Shown: positions 48,387 through 59,748, counted from the first letter of the stretch. The stretch is DNA of 64,000 bases from an uncultured Candidatus Rokubacteria bacterium (GCA_963747235.1 CAVVEU010000024.1:384001-448000); one strand, 5' to 3'. Numbers and translations: made by a program. Notes: generated by a model not told the origin, from the sequence alone.

Positions 48387-49871
48387 CTACTCCGGCTCGT
48401 ACACGGTGTCGGGATCGAGCGGGAAGATGGGGCGCCGGACGCGCCGATATTCGAAGCGCGCGAGGTTGGACGAGGACAGCCCCGGCGCGTCGACCTCGAT
48501 GATCTCCTTGGCGATCGGCTCGAAGGCCGCGCGGTAGTGAATGGTGGACTTCACGACCAGGATTTTCTCCCGGAGGGGGTCGATCCCGACGAACCGGATC
48601 ATCTCCGGATCGAGGGTCTGCCAGCGGTGGGAAATGAGTATCACCTTTACGTCGTTCACGTCCAGTACCGCGGTGGCCCCGAGCCGGCCGGGCAGACCGG
48701 TCATCATGGGTCCGCGATGGATGAAGCGCCCGTCGGAGAGCGTGCGCACCGTGCCGGTCACCCGCACCGGCGCGCCGTGCCGGTCGTCCACCTTGCCGCC
48801 CACGTCGAGGGTCACCGAGGCGCCGACGCCCGCCTTCACGCACGCCTGCACCGCCGCCGCGTCCCAGATGCACGCCACCGTCGCGCTCCGCGCGCCCACC
48901 CGCAGCAGCTCGCGCAGGATCTCGGTGCCGTCGCCCGCCGCGCCGCCGCCGGTGTTGTCGGCCATGTCGGCGAGCACGATCGGCCGGCCGTCGGCGGCGA
49001 GCGCCTTGGCCACCGCGTCCTTCACCGGCAGCGCGGTGTGGATGAACTCGTGCCGGTGCTCCCAGGCCACGCGCGCGAGCTGGTCGGCGAGCCGCTCCGC
49101 GAGGGCCTTGTCGTCGTCGGTGACCACGTAGATGCCGAGGCCCGCGTCGGGGATGTCCGCGTAGGGGAAGCCCGCGAAGAGCGAGATCGAGATGACCTTC
49201 GGATCCTTCTCCATCTCGTCGGCCAGATCGTAGAGCCGCCGCATCGGCCCGCGCGCGGTGCCCTGGCGGCCGAGCGGCGGCATGAGCGGCGGCTTGCGCC
49301 AGGCCGCGGTCGGCTTGAGGCGCCCGGCGATCACCTGGGCGAGCCGCTCGGCCGCCTCCACGCCGCGCTCGGCCATGTCCACGTGCGGGTAGGTCTTGTA
49401 GCCGTGCAGCAGATCGGCCCCCGCGATCATGCCCTGGCCCAGGTTGCCGTGGAAGTCGAGCGTCACCGCGATCGGCACGTCGGGCCCCACCGCCTGGCGC
49501 ACCGCCGCGATGATGTCGCCCTCGCCGTCGTCCACGCCCTCCGGGACCATCGCCCCGTGCAGGTCGAGGAGCACGCCGTCGAGCCGGCCCGCCGCCTTGA
49601 GATCGGTCAGCATGCGCTGCTTGACGTGCTGGTAGATGTCGCGGGTGACGAGGCCGGCCGGCGAGGCGGAGGCGGCCACCGACGGCATCAGGGTCATCCC
49701 GAGGCGCTCGGCCGCTCCGATCATGCCGCCCAGGCAGGTGCCGGTGCCGCGATAGGCCTCGACGATCTCGCCGCCGTAGCTCAGGTCGCGTGCCTCGAAC
49801 TGGGCGCGGTCGGTGGGGACATTGCTGAAGGTGTTGGTCTCGTGCGACAGCATCGCCAGGAAGATTCTCAC
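48387..49871 (-). CDS. M81 family metallopeptidase (MlrC-like)
   Basis: HETNTFS, LDLHGAM, LDFHGN, YKTYPHVD, DNTGGG..GD, VKSTIHYRA. Confidence 0.9.
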   Translation of the reverse strand: MRIFLAMLSHETNTFSNVPTDRAQFEARDLSYGGEIVEAYRGTGTCLGGMIGAAERLGMTLMPSVAASASPAGLVTRDIYQHVKQRMLTDLKAAGRLDGVLLDLHGAMVPEGVDDGEGDIIAAVRQAVGPDVPIAVTLDFHGNLGQGMIAGADLLHGYKTYPHVDMAERGVEAAERLAQVIAGRLKPTAAWRKPPLMPPLGRQGTARGPMRRLYDLADEMEKDPKVISISLFAGFPYADIPDAGLGIYVVTDDDKALAERLADQLARVAWEHRHEFIHTALPVKDAVAKALAADGRPIVLADMADNTGGGAAGDGTEILRELLRVGARSATVACIWDAAAVQACVKAGVGASVTLDVGGKVDDRHGAPVRVTGTVRTLSDGRFIHRGPMMTGLPGRLGATAVLDVNDVKVILISHRWQTLDPEMIRFVGIDPLREKILVVKSTIHYRAAFEPIAKEIIEVDAPGLSSSNLARFEYRRVRRPIFPLDPDTVYEPE

Positions 49872-49915
49872 GCGACTCTCCGGTAGAATGGCGCCTCGGA
49901 CGAAAGGGGGAAATC

Positions 49916-50275
49916 ATGGCCGACGCGTCGTGCTTTCACAACCTGAAGGAGGGCGGCATCCCGCGGCAGCTCGCGGAGGGCTTGACCGCCCGCGTGTTCC
50001 CCGGCGAGCACCTCATGCTCTCGGTGGTCGAGATCCAGCCCGGCTCGGTGTCGCCGGTGCACTCGCACGCCAACGAGCAGTGGGGCGTGTGCCTCGAGGG
50101 CGAGTGGATCCGGATCCAGGACGGGGTGGAGCATCCGGTGAAGGCGGGCGACTTCTGGCAGACGCCGCCCCACGTGCCGCACGGGGGCCGCGCCACCGAC
50201 AAGCGCGCGGTGGTCCTCGACATCTTTTCGCCGCCGCGCGAGGAGTACAAGAAGGCCGGCTCCGGCTACAAGTGA
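49916..50275 (+). CDS. Cupin domain protein
   Basis: HSHANEQ and PPHVPHG motifs; DIFSPPREEY. Confidence 0.88.
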   Translation: MADASCFHNLKEGGIPRQLAEGLTARVFPGEHLMLSVVEIQPGSVSPVHSHANEQWGVCLEGEWIRIQDGVEHPVKAGDFWQTPPHVPHGGRATDKRAVVLDIFSPPREEYKKAGSGYK

Positions 50276-50286
50276 CCGGCGCGCCC

Positions 50287-51223
50287 TCATAGCTTCATGT
50301 GCGGGTCGAGCCAGTCGCGGAGCGCGTTGCCCATGAGGTTGATGACGAGCGTGGTGACGAAGATGGCGGCGCCCGGGAAGGCGGCGATCCACCACGAGTT
50401 GAGCATGTAGACCCGGCCCTCCCCGAGCATGTTGCCCCACGCCGGGGTGGGGGGCTGCACGCCCAGGCCCAGGAACGACAGGAACGACTCGAGGATGATC
50501 ACCTGCGCCATCTGCAGGGTGGCGATCACGGTGATCGCCGAGACCAGGTTGGGGAGGATCTGGCCGAAGATGATGCGCGCGTGGCTCATGCCGAGCGCGC
50601 GACCGGCGACCACGAACTCGCGCTCGCGGAGGGCCATGGTCTCGGCCCGGATCACCCGCGCGTAGATCGGCCAGCCCGCCACGCCCAGGACGAAGATCAT
50701 GTTGGGCAGGCTGGGCCCCAGCACCGCGATCACCGCCAGGGCCAGCAGCACGAACGGGAACGTCAGCATGACGTTGATGAGCGTCATGATCGATCCAGTC
50801 GCATCCTGCGCCCCGAAGTAGCCCGCCGCGAGCCCCAGCAGCACGCCGATGGTCGAGGCGAGATCGCGACCGCGGTCACCCCGATCAGGAGCGAGACGCG
50901 ACCCCCGTAGATCATGCGCGAGAGGAGATCGCGCCCGATCTGATCGGTGCCGAGCCAGTGCTCGGTCGTGCCGCCCTCCATCCACGCGGGCGGCGCCGAG
51001 CCGGTGCTGGATGTCCACCGCCAGCGGGCTCGTAGGGCGCGAGCCAGGGCGCGGACGAGCGCTGCCGACGATGATCAGGAGCAGGATCGCAGCGCGGCGC
51101 CCAGCGCCCCACTTGAGCCGCCAGAGCCGGCGCAGCGATCGACCGGCGCCGCGGTCGGGCCCGCGATCGGCGGCGTTCGCGCTCCTCCAGCGCCACCTCG
51201 CCCGCGCCCGCGACCGCCTTCAC
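50287..51223 (-). CDS. ABC permease, DppC-like (several indels)
   Basis: [41 protein letters not shown]. Confidence 0.88.
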
Positions 51224-52143
51224 GTGCCCACCCGGATGCGCGGGTCGATGTAGCCGACCATCATGTCCACGACGAAATTGATCGACACGATGATCAGGGC
51301 GAGGAGCACCACCGCGCACTGCACCACCGGGAAGTCCTGGTTGCGGATCGAGTCCACGGTCAGCGTGGCCACGCCCGGGCCAGGCGAAGACGGTCTCGGT
51401 GACGATGGCGCCGCCCAGGAGCTGGCCGAACTGCAGCCCGAGCACGGTGATGACCGGGATGCACGCGTTGCGGAAGGCGTGCTTGATCACCACCATCCAC
51501 TCCGCCACGCCCTTGGCGCGCGCGGTCTTGATGTACTCCATGCTCATGACCTCGATCGACGCCGGAGCGGACGAGCCGCATGGTGATCGGGGCCAGGAAG
51601 GCGCCGAGGCGAGAAGGCGGGCATGAGGAAGTGCTGCCAGGTCCCGTAGCCGGAGGCGGGCAGCACCTTGAGCCGCACCGCGAAGATGATGATGAGCATG
51701 ATGCCGAGCCAGAAGATGGGCATCGCCTGGCCCGCCACCGCGAACATCGTGCAGAGGTTGTCCACCAGGGAGTGGCGCTTCAGCGCGGCCAGGATCCCCA
51801 GGGGCAGGGCGATCAGGAGCGCCATGCCCAGGCCGGCGAAGGTGAGGTAGAGCGTGGGCGGCATGCGCTCCATCACGAGCCTGAAGGCGGGGGTGTCGGT
51901 GTACCAGGACTTGCCGAAGTCGCCCTGCACCGCGCGGCTCGCGAACTTCCAGTACTGCACGTAGAGCGGCTGGTCGAGCCCGAGCAGCTTGTGGTAGCGC
52001 GCGTACTCCTCCTTGCCCGCGTTCTGGGGCAGGAGCAGGGTGACCGGGTCGCCGATCACGTGCAGGATCGCGAAGGCCAGCATGGAGATGCCGACGATGA
52101 CGACGACGAGCTGGACGAGCTGGCGGAGGACGTAGCGCTTCAT
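51220..52143 (-). CDS. ABC permease, DppB-like (indels)
   Basis: [33 protein letters not shown]. Confidence 0.88.
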
Positions 52144-52151
52144 GACGAAAG

Positions 52152-52229
52152 CCCCTCACCCTACCCTCTCCCCGAGGGGGAGAGGGGTTCGCGGATCCCT
52201 CTCCCTCTGGGGAGGGGCAGGGTGAGGGG
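52152..52229. repeat. Inverted doublet of the family-A REP-like element (REPIN-like)
   Basis: Reverse-orientation copy at 52152 and forward copy at 52197, separated by about 10 nt. Confidence 0.8.
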
Positions 52230-52239
52230 TCGGTTCTGC

Positions 52240-53789
52240 TTACTTCTTCCGCGGGGTCACGAGGAACATCCGGTCGACTCTCGTCGGCGCGGCGCCTCGT
52301 AGTCGACCCGGTTCGAGATGCCCCACACGCCGCGCAGCCCCCACTTGTAGAGGTAGGCCGCGTCGTCGAAGAGCAGCTTCTGGGCCTTCACGTAGATCTC
52401 GGTCCGCTTCTTCGGGTCGAGGGTGGAGCGCCCCTGGATGATCAGGTCGTCCAGCTGCCGGGTTGCAGTAGTAGCTGTAGTTCTCGCCGCACTTGAAGAC
52501 GTCGTAGAGGATCGCGTCGGCGTCGAAGACCGAGTAGTAGCCCCAGGACCAGTTGAACATCGGGCCGGCCTTGCCGTCCTTGATCCGGGCCGACCAGCAC
52601 CGTGTTGTCGCCGATGTAGTTGCGCTTCACCCGGAAGCCGACCTTGGTCATGTCGGCCGACGATGGCGTCGTTGGTCTGCTGGATCGCCGGCTCGACGAT
52701 GGGCGGGCCCTCGTGGAAGCACGATGTCCACGCCGTTCGGGAAGCCGGCCTCGGCCAGGAGCTTCTTGGCCGGCGCCAGGTCCTGCTTGTAGGGCTTGAG
52801 GCTCGGGTCCCAGCCGAAGGCCATCGGGTTGACGCGCGGTGGCGACGCGGTCACCGAGGCCGTTGAGCACGTGCTTGATGATCGCGTCGATGTCGACGGC
52901 CAGGTTGGCCGCCTGGCGCACCCGCTTGTCGGTGAAGGGGTTCGGGCCGCTGCGCGCGGCCTGGTCGAGCTGCAGCATCGCGGTGCGGAGGATCGGCGAG
53001 GTGGCGGTGCGCGCCGTGGCCCGACTTGTTGATGACGTCCATCTGGTCCGGCGGGACCGCCTTGATGATGTCCACGCCGCCCGAGAGCAGCTCGGCGATC
53101 TCGGTGGCCTTCTCGGGGATGATGCGGACCCGGACGTACTTGAAGGCGGGCTTGGGCCCCCAGTAGTCGTCGTTGCGCACCAGCAGGTGCTCCTGCTTCC
53201 GGCTCCACTTGACGAGCTTGTAGGGCCCGGTGCCGATCGGGTTCTCCTGCATCCACTCGTGGCCCTTCTCGCGGATCACCTTCTCGGACTGCATGACCTG
53301 GGCGGTCAGCCGCTCGACGAAGAGCGGGTAGGGCCCGTCGGTCTTGAAGCGGACGGTGTGGTCGTCGACGATCTCGACGGTCTTGATCTTGGCGTGGTTG
53401 CCGCGCGCGGTCATCTTCTTGGTCGGGTCCAGCACGCGGTCGAAGGTGGCCTTGACGTCCTTGGCGGTGAAGGGCGTGCCGTCGTGGAACTTGACGCCCT
53501 GGCGGAGCTTGACCTCCCAGGTGGTGTCGTCGATCGTCTTCCACGACATGGCCAGGTTCGGCCCGACCTTGCGGGTCTTGAGATCGCGGACCGCCAGGTG
53601 GTCGAAGACGTGGTAGCCGAGGATGATCGCCTCGCGCAGCACCGAGTTGGGCGGGTCCCAGTTCTCGATGTCCGACTGGAGCGCGTAGACAGGGTCTCTT
53701 CCTTCGTCTGGGCCGGAGGCCGGCGGGACGAGCCCGAGGCCGACCAGAAGAGCAGGGCGATGATCCAGCGGTACGAGGATACGACGCAT
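52240..53789 (-). CDS. ABC substrate-binding protein, family 5 (multiple indels)
   Basis: [36 protein letters not shown]; AAGGAGG RBS. Confidence 0.88.
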
Positions 53790-53927
53790 GAAAGCCTCCT
53801 TGCGGTGAAGCGGATGGATGGCGCAGGGTGGGAACCGAGCATCTAGGTGCTGGAACAATAGCCGTGAGGCGCACGGGCAGTCAAGGCGTCCGCGCCGCGC
53901 GGACTGTGCTAAGAGAGGAGGCACGCC

Positions 53928-54483
53928 ATGACCCCGACGCTCGAGACGCCCCGCCTGCGCCTGCGCCCGCTGGCCGCCTCGGACGAGGCCGACCTGGTCG
54001 CGCTCGACAGTGACCCCGAGGTGATGCGGTACGTGGGCAGCCCGGCCGGGGTCAAGAGCCCGGCCGAGACGCGGGAGCGCGCGCGCCTGCGCATCCGCGA
54101 GGAGCAGCGCGGCGACTACGAGCCCCTGGGCTTCTGGCGGATCGAGGGCCGGAGCGACGGCGCGTTCCACGGCGTCGGCGCCCTCATCCAGATGCCCGGA
54201 TAGTGCGGACGTGGAGGTCGCCTACCGGCTGGCGCGGAGCGCCTGGGGCCAGGGGATCGCCACCGAGGCGGCCGGGGCCCTGGTGGCCCACGCGCTGGGC
54301 CCGCTCGGGCTGCCCGGGGTGGTGGCGGTGACCTATCCCGCGAATCAGGCCTCCCAGCGGGTGCTGGACAAGCTCGGCTTCGAGCGGCGCGGGATCCGGG
54401 AATACAAAGGAGTCCAGGCGACGTACCACGTGCTCACCGCCGCCGCCTGGGCCGGGCGCGCCGCGGGTGGTTCTGTTCATTGA
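53928..54483 (+). CDS. GNAT N-acetyltransferase, RimJ-like (frameshift ~54200)
   Basis: LETPRLRLRP, EVAYRL..WGQGIATEAA, NQASQRVLDKLGF. Confidence 0.85.
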
Positions 54484-54509
54484 CTTTATCCCGCCCGCAC
54501 CGCCATACT
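54480..54509 (+). promoter_or_regulatory. sigma70-type promoter of the epimerase-ABC operon
   Basis: TTGACT-18 nt-CATACT. Confidence 0.65.
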
Positions 54510-54532
54510 TAACTCGCTGTTCACGCACACTT

Positions 54533-55498
54533 ATGGCTCCCTCATCTCTCTTCCTCGTCACCGGCGGCGCGGGCTTCATCGGCTCGCACATCGTCGAGCG
54601 GCTCCTTGGCGAGGGGCACCGGGTGCGGGTCTTCGACAACTTCTCGACCGGCAATCGGGCCAATCTCGACTTCGCCCGGGGTAACCGGCGGCTCGAGATC
54701 GTCCGCGGCGAGCTGGCCAACTTCAAGGCGGTCGAGCGCGCGGTGAAGGGCGTGACCGCGGTCTTCCACCAGGCCGCGATGCGCTCGGTGCCCCGCTCGG
54801 TGGCCGATCCGCTGGGCGCCAACGCCTCCAACGTGACCGGCACGCTGCACGTGCTGCACGCGGCGGCGCGGCAGAAGAAGAAGCCGCGCGTGGTCTACGC
54901 CTCGTCGTCGTCGGTGTACGGCGACCGGCCCGACCTGCCCAAGCGCGAGGACCAGCCGACCGCCCCCATCTCGCCCTACGCGGCCACCAAGGTGACGGGC
55001 GAGCTGTACGCCTCCGTGTGGAGCCGCCTCATGGGCGTCGAGACGGTGGGCCTGCGCTACTTCAATGTGTTCGGCCCCCGCCAGGACCCCAAGAGCGAGT
55101 ACGCGGCGGTGATCCCGCGCTTCATCCTGTGGGGGCAGACCGGCAAGCCGCTGCAGGTTCACGGCGACGGCACCCAGTCGCGCGATTTCACGTATATCGA
55201 CAACGTGGTCTCGGCCAACCTGCTCGCCGCCCGCGCGGAGGGCAGCCGCGCCTCCGGGAAGAGCTACAACGTGGGCTGCGGCAGCCGGACGAGCCTGCTC
55301 GAGATCATCGGCAAGCTGGAGAAGATGCTGGGACGGCCGTTCACGCTGAAGCACTCGCCGACCCGCACCGGCGACGTCCCGCACACCCTCGCCGACGTGA
55401 GCGCGGCCAAACGGGATCTCGGCTACGAGCCGCTGGTGGAGTTCGACGAAGGCCTTCGGCGGACGGTGGAGTTCTTCACGGGGAGGAAACTCGGATGA
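54533..55498 (+). CDS. NAD-dependent nucleotide-sugar epimerase (WbpP/GalE-like)
   Basis: TGGAGFIGS, SVPRSV.DP, YAATK, LRYFNVFGPRQDP, GDGTQSRDFTY. Confidence 0.92.
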   Translation: MAPSSLFLVTGGAGFIGSHIVERLLGEGHRVRVFDNFSTGNRANLDFARGNRRLEIVRGELANFKAVERAVKGVTAVFHQAAMRSVPRSVADPLGANASNVTGTLHVLHAAARQKKKPRVVYASSSSVYGDRPDLPKREDQPTAPISPYAATKVTGELYASVWSRLMGVETVGLRYFNVFGPRQDPKSEYAAVIPRFILWGQTGKPLQVHGDGTQSRDFTYIDNVVSANLLAARAEGSRASGKSYNVGCGSRTSLLEIIGKLEKMLGRPFTLKHSPTRTGDVPHTLADVSAAKRDLGYEPLVEFDEGLRRTVEFFTGRKLG

Positions 55499-57012
55499 AG
55501 CGTCTCGCCATTACTACGGTAATCGCCGCGCTTTGCGCGGCGCGGTTGCGGCGGCGGTTGCGGCGCCGGTCGCCGCCCAGACCCCGGGCACCCTGGTGAT
55601 CCAGGTCGCCACCGAGCCGCCCGGACTCGATCTGACCTCCAACCCCTCCTCGGCCATCGCGGCGCGTGGTCTTCGACAACGTGCAGGAGGGGCTGATCAA
55701 GATCGACCGCACCGGCAAGATGGTGCCGTGGCTGGCCGAGCGCTGGTACACGACCGACAGCAAGAACTACACGTTCTTCCTCCGAAAGGGCGTGCGCTTC
55801 CACAACGGGCGCGAGATGAAGGCGGCCGACGTGAAGTTCGCGCTGGACCGGGCGGTGAACCCGGAGACCAAGCATCCCTACCGCACCCAGTACGACGCCA
55901 TCCAGGACGTGATCGTCAAGGACGACTACACGGTGACGGTGACGCTCAAGAAGGTGGACGCGACCTTCCTCTACACGATGGCGCGCCAGGGCTCGGTGAT
56001 CTATCCCCGCGAGGCGGTGGACACGCTCAAGAGCCAGCCGATGGGCACCGGGCCGTTCACGGTGGCCGAGTGGGTGCGCAACGACCGCATCGTCCTCACC
56101 AAGAACAAGGACTACTGGGTGAAGGGGCTGCCCAAGCTGGACCGGGTGGTCTTCCGCTTCATCCCCGATCCCAACGCGGCCCTGGCCGCGCTCAAGGCCG
56201 GCGACGTGGACGTCTCCGCCTTCGGCATCGGGCCCGAGAGCGTGGACGAGTTGAAGAAGGACGCGCGCTTCCAGGTGATCGTGGGCGACACCACCAACGA
56301 CGTGACGCTCTCGATGAACAACAGCAAGAAGCCCTTCTCGGACCAGCGCGTGCGCCTGGCCATCACGCACGCGATCAACAAGGACGAGGTGCTCAAGGGG
56401 GCGATGTTCGGCTCGGGCGAGTCCTCGGCTCCAACGTGGATCCGACCAATCCCTACTTCGTGGACGTCTCCAAGCGCGTGGCCTACGATCCGGCCAAGGC
56501 CAAGAAGCTCCTCGCCGAGGCCGGCTACCCGAACGGCTTCGAGGCGGTCTTCAAGGTGGCGCCGCAGTACTACTACACGGTGCGCTCGGCCGAGGTCATC
56601 GTGAGCCAGCTCGCCAAGGTGGGCATTCGCGCCAGCATCCAGCAGATCGAGTGGGGCCAGTGGCTCTCGCAGGTCTTCTGCCTGGCGCCCTGCCAGAACC
56701 CCGATTACGACATGTCGATCATCGGCCACGCCGAGGCGTTCGACATCGGCAACTTCGCCAATCCCGAAGTACTACTTCCGCTGGGACAGCGCCGCCTTCC
56801 AGAAGCTCTACCAGGATTCGCAGATCACGGTGGACGAGAAGAAGCGGAAAGAGCTCTACGTGAAGATGCAGGAGATGCTGGCCGACGAGGCGCCCGCGGT
56901 CTGGCTCTACATGCACCCGCGGCTCGTGGTCACCAAGAAGGGCGTGACCGGCATCTGGAAGGACCTGCCGCTCCCCGTCCTCGACCTGTCCGAGGTGGCC
57001 TGGCAGAAGTAG
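55495..57012 (+). CDS. ABC substrate-binding protein, family 5 (multiple indels)
   Basis: LRKGVRFHNG, PMGTGPF, KPFSDQRVRLAI; ATGA overlap with the epimerase. Confidence 0.88.
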
Positions 57013-57016
57013 GCGG

Positions 57017-57961
57017 TTGCAGCGCTATATCCTCCGGAGGGTCGCGTCGCTCGCCGCCACCCTCGTCTTCGTCTCGCTCCTGGTCTTCGCGGTCGTCCGC
57101 GTGCTGCCCGGCGACCCGGCCCTCATCATCCTGGGCCTCGAGGCCAACGCGGACTCCGTCGCGCGGGTGCGGCAGGAGCTCGGCCTGGACCGCCCCATGC
57201 CGGTCCAGTACGCGCAGTGGGTGGGCCGGGCCCTCCGCGGTGACCTGGGCCGCTCGATCCAGTACGACCTGCCGGTCTCGACCCTGATCCTGACGCGCCT
57301 CACCGTGACCCTGCCGCTCACCCTGCTGGCCGCCGGGCTGATGATCGCCGCCGCCATCCCGCTCGGGGTCTTCGCGGCCACCCGGCACCGCCGCTGGGGC
57401 GACTACCTGACGATGACCCTCTCCCAGATCGGGGTCGCGGTGCCCGGCTTCTGGGCGGGCCTGCTCCTGATCCTCTTCTTCTCGGTGCACCTCGGCTGGG
57501 TCCGGGCGGGCGGCTTCGACGGCTGGGGGCAGGGGTTCTGGCCCGCGCTGCGCTCGCTGCTGATGCCCGCGGCGGCGCTCGGCCTCTTCCAGTTCGCGGT
57601 GCTGGCCCGGACCACGCGCTCGGCGGTGCTCGAGGTGCTGCGCGAGGAGTACGTGAAGACGGCGCGCGCCAAGGGCCTGGCCGAGCGGCGCGTGCTCTTC
57701 CGTCACGCGCTGCGCAACGCGCTGATCCCGATCGTGACGGTGGCCGGCATCCAGCTCGGCCAGCTCCTGGCCGGCAGCATCATCCTCGAGTCCGTGTTCT
57801 ACCTGCCCGGGCTCGGCCGGCTCACCCTGGCCGCCATCAGCGCCCGCGACCTGCCGGTGGTGCAGGGCGTCGTGCTCTTCGTGGCCTCGATGATCGTGAT
57901 GGTGAACGCGGCGGTGGACATCCTCTACGGCCTGCTCGACCCCCGCATCCGCTATGGCTGA
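57017..57961 (+). CDS. ABC permease, DppB-like
   Basis: PGDPA, GLDRP..QY, EYVKTARAKG, LDPRIR. Confidence 0.92.
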   Translation: MQRYILRRVASLAATLVFVSLLVFAVVRVLPGDPALIILGLEANADSVARVRQELGLDRPMPVQYAQWVGRALRGDLGRSIQYDLPVSTLILTRLTVTLPLTLLAAGLMIAAAIPLGVFAATRHRRWGDYLTMTLSQIGVAVPGFWAGLLLILFFSVHLGWVRAGGFDGWGQGFWPALRSLLMPAAALGLFQFAVLARTTRSAVLEVLREEYVKTARAKGLAERRVLFRHALRNALIPIVTVAGIQLGQLLAGSIILESVFYLPGLGRLTLAAISARDLPVVQGVVLFVASMIVMVNAAVDILYGLLDPRIRYG

Positions 57962-58795
57962 GCCGATGGCCCGTGCGTAGGCGTCCCGGCCGGCACGTCA
58001 CGTTCGTGATCGGCCTCGTCATCACCCTGGCCCTGATCGCCACCGCCGCGGTGAGCCTGGTCTACACGCCCCGCGACCCGCTCGAGATGTCGATCGCGAC
58101 GCCGCCTGCAGGGGCCGACCGCGGCGCACCCGCTGGGCACGGATCAGTTCGGGCGCGATCTGCTCTCGCGGGTGATGCGGGGCGCCATCACCGCGATCCT
58201 GGTCGGCGTGATCGCGGTGGCCATCGGGATGCTGGTGGGCGTGGCCTTCGGCATGCTCTCCGGCTACTTCGGCGGCTGGCTCGACGAGGGGTTCATGCGG
58301 CTGGTGGACGCCATCCAGGGCTTCCCGGCCATCCTCTCCGCGCTCCTGCTCGCCGCGGTGTTCCGGCCCACACTCTCCATCTCCATGATCGCGATCGGCA
58401 TCGCCTTCCTGCCCGTCTTCGCGCGCCTCACCCGCGCGAGCTTCCTCGAGTTCCGCGACCGCGACTTCGTGGTGGCGGCCCGCGCCCTCGGGGCCGGGGA
58501 CGGCGCGGTGATCGGCCGCCACATCCTGCCCAACACGCTGCCCCCGCTCATCGTCCAGGCCACCATCAGCTTCCCGGTGGCCATCCTGGCCGAGGCGGGC
58601 CTGTCCTACCTGGGGCTCGGCACCCAGCCCCCCAATCCCTCGTGGGGCCTCATGTTGCGGGAGGCGCAGGCCTTTCTCACCCTCAACCCGTGGTATGCCA
58701 TCTTCCCGGGTGGCGCCATCGCGCTGACCGTCCTGGGGCTCAACCTGCTCGGCGACGGGCTCCGGGATCTCCTCGACCCCAAGACGGTCGCGTAA
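57954..58795 (+). CDS. ABC permease, DppC-like (indels near the 5' end)
   Basis: HPLGTDQFGRDLLSR, EAGLSYLGLGTQPPNPSWG, GDGLRDLLDP. Confidence 0.9.
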
Positions 58796-58938
58796 CACGT
58801 TTGTCCCCCTGGGAAGCAGGGGAGTGTGCTAGCCTTGGGCCGGTGCCGGTTCTCAGGGTCAGCGGTGTCGGGCCGGCGTTCCCGCGAGCCAACGCCCTCA
58901 AGAATTAGAGCAGCAACCAAGAACAAGGAGACCCATAC

Positions 58939-59673
58939 GTGCTTCGACCGCTTCTGTACGTAATCGGCACGCTCCTGGTGACGCAGGCCGCCGTCATCGC
59001 CACGTCGGTGTACCTGCACCGCGGGCTCGCGCACCGCGCGCTCAATCTGCATCCCTTCGCGGACTGGGTCTTCCGCTTCGTGCTCTGGTTCACCACCGGC
59101 CAGAACCGTCGCGAGTGGGTGGCGGTGCACCGCAAGCATCACGCCTTCACCGACACCGAGCGGGATCCCCACAGCCCCCTCGTGCACGGCTTCTGGAAGA
59201 TCCAGCTCTGGAACGTGTATTACTACGTGCGCGAGGCCCGCAACCCCGAGACCCTCGCCCGCTGGGCCAAGGACATCCGGGACGACGTGTGGGACCGCGT
59301 GCTCTTCAACAAGGGCACGCTCGGCGGGGTGGTCGGCATCGCGGCCGCCATGCTGATCCTGGGCCCCGGCTGGGGCCTGCTCCTGGCGGCGAGCCACTTC
59401 GTGCTCTACGTCTTCGTCCTGGCCCCCTCCATCAACGGCCTCGGCCACTGGTGGGGCCGGCGGAACTTCGGCAACAACTCGGCCACCAACCTGCGGGTGC
59501 TCGCCTGGCTCACCGGCGGCGAGAGCCTGCACAACAACCACCACGCGTATCCCTCGAGCCCCAAGTTCAGCATGGGTCGCCTCGAGTTCGATCCGTCGTG
59601 GGTGGTGATCCGCGTGCTCATGGTGCTGCGCCTGGCGCGCGTCGTGGGCGACAAGGTGAAGCTGGCCGCGTAG
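58939..59673 (+). CDS. Membrane fatty acid desaturase (delta-9-like)
   Basis: Three His boxes HRGLAH, HRKHH and HNNHH; AAGGAG RBS. Confidence 0.92.
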   Translation: MLRPLLYVIGTLLVTQAAVIATSVYLHRGLAHRALNLHPFADWVFRFVLWFTTGQNRREWVAVHRKHHAFTDTERDPHSPLVHGFWKIQLWNVYYYVREARNPETLARWAKDIRDDVWDRVLFNKGTLGGVVGIAAAMLILGPGWGLLLAASHFVLYVFVLAPSINGLGHWWGRRNFGNNSATNLRVLAWLTGGESLHNNHHAYPSSPKFSMGRLEFDPSWVVIRVLMVLRLARVVGDKVKLAA

Positions 59674-59699
59674 GCGTTCCGCGCCCGGCCGGATGCGAG

Positions 59700-59723
59700 C
59701 GGGCCCCGGGAGACCGGGGCCCG
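59700..59723 (+). terminator. Hairpin after the desaturase
   Basis: CGGGCCCCGG-gaga-CCGGGGCCCG followed by a weak T tract. Confidence 0.6.
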
Positions 59724-59748
59724 TCGTGTTTCTGAAGGCCGGTTTTCC

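Noticed and set aside
48387-49871. Microcystin degradation locus
   Set aside because: MlrC-family peptidases are widespread, and mlrA, mlrB and mlrD are absent here.
701-58795. Mass pseudogenisation or programmed frameshifting
   Set aside because: Single-base indels hit many unrelated genes, including ftsH, with motifs otherwise intact and no slippery-site pattern. Long-read error is the simpler explanation.
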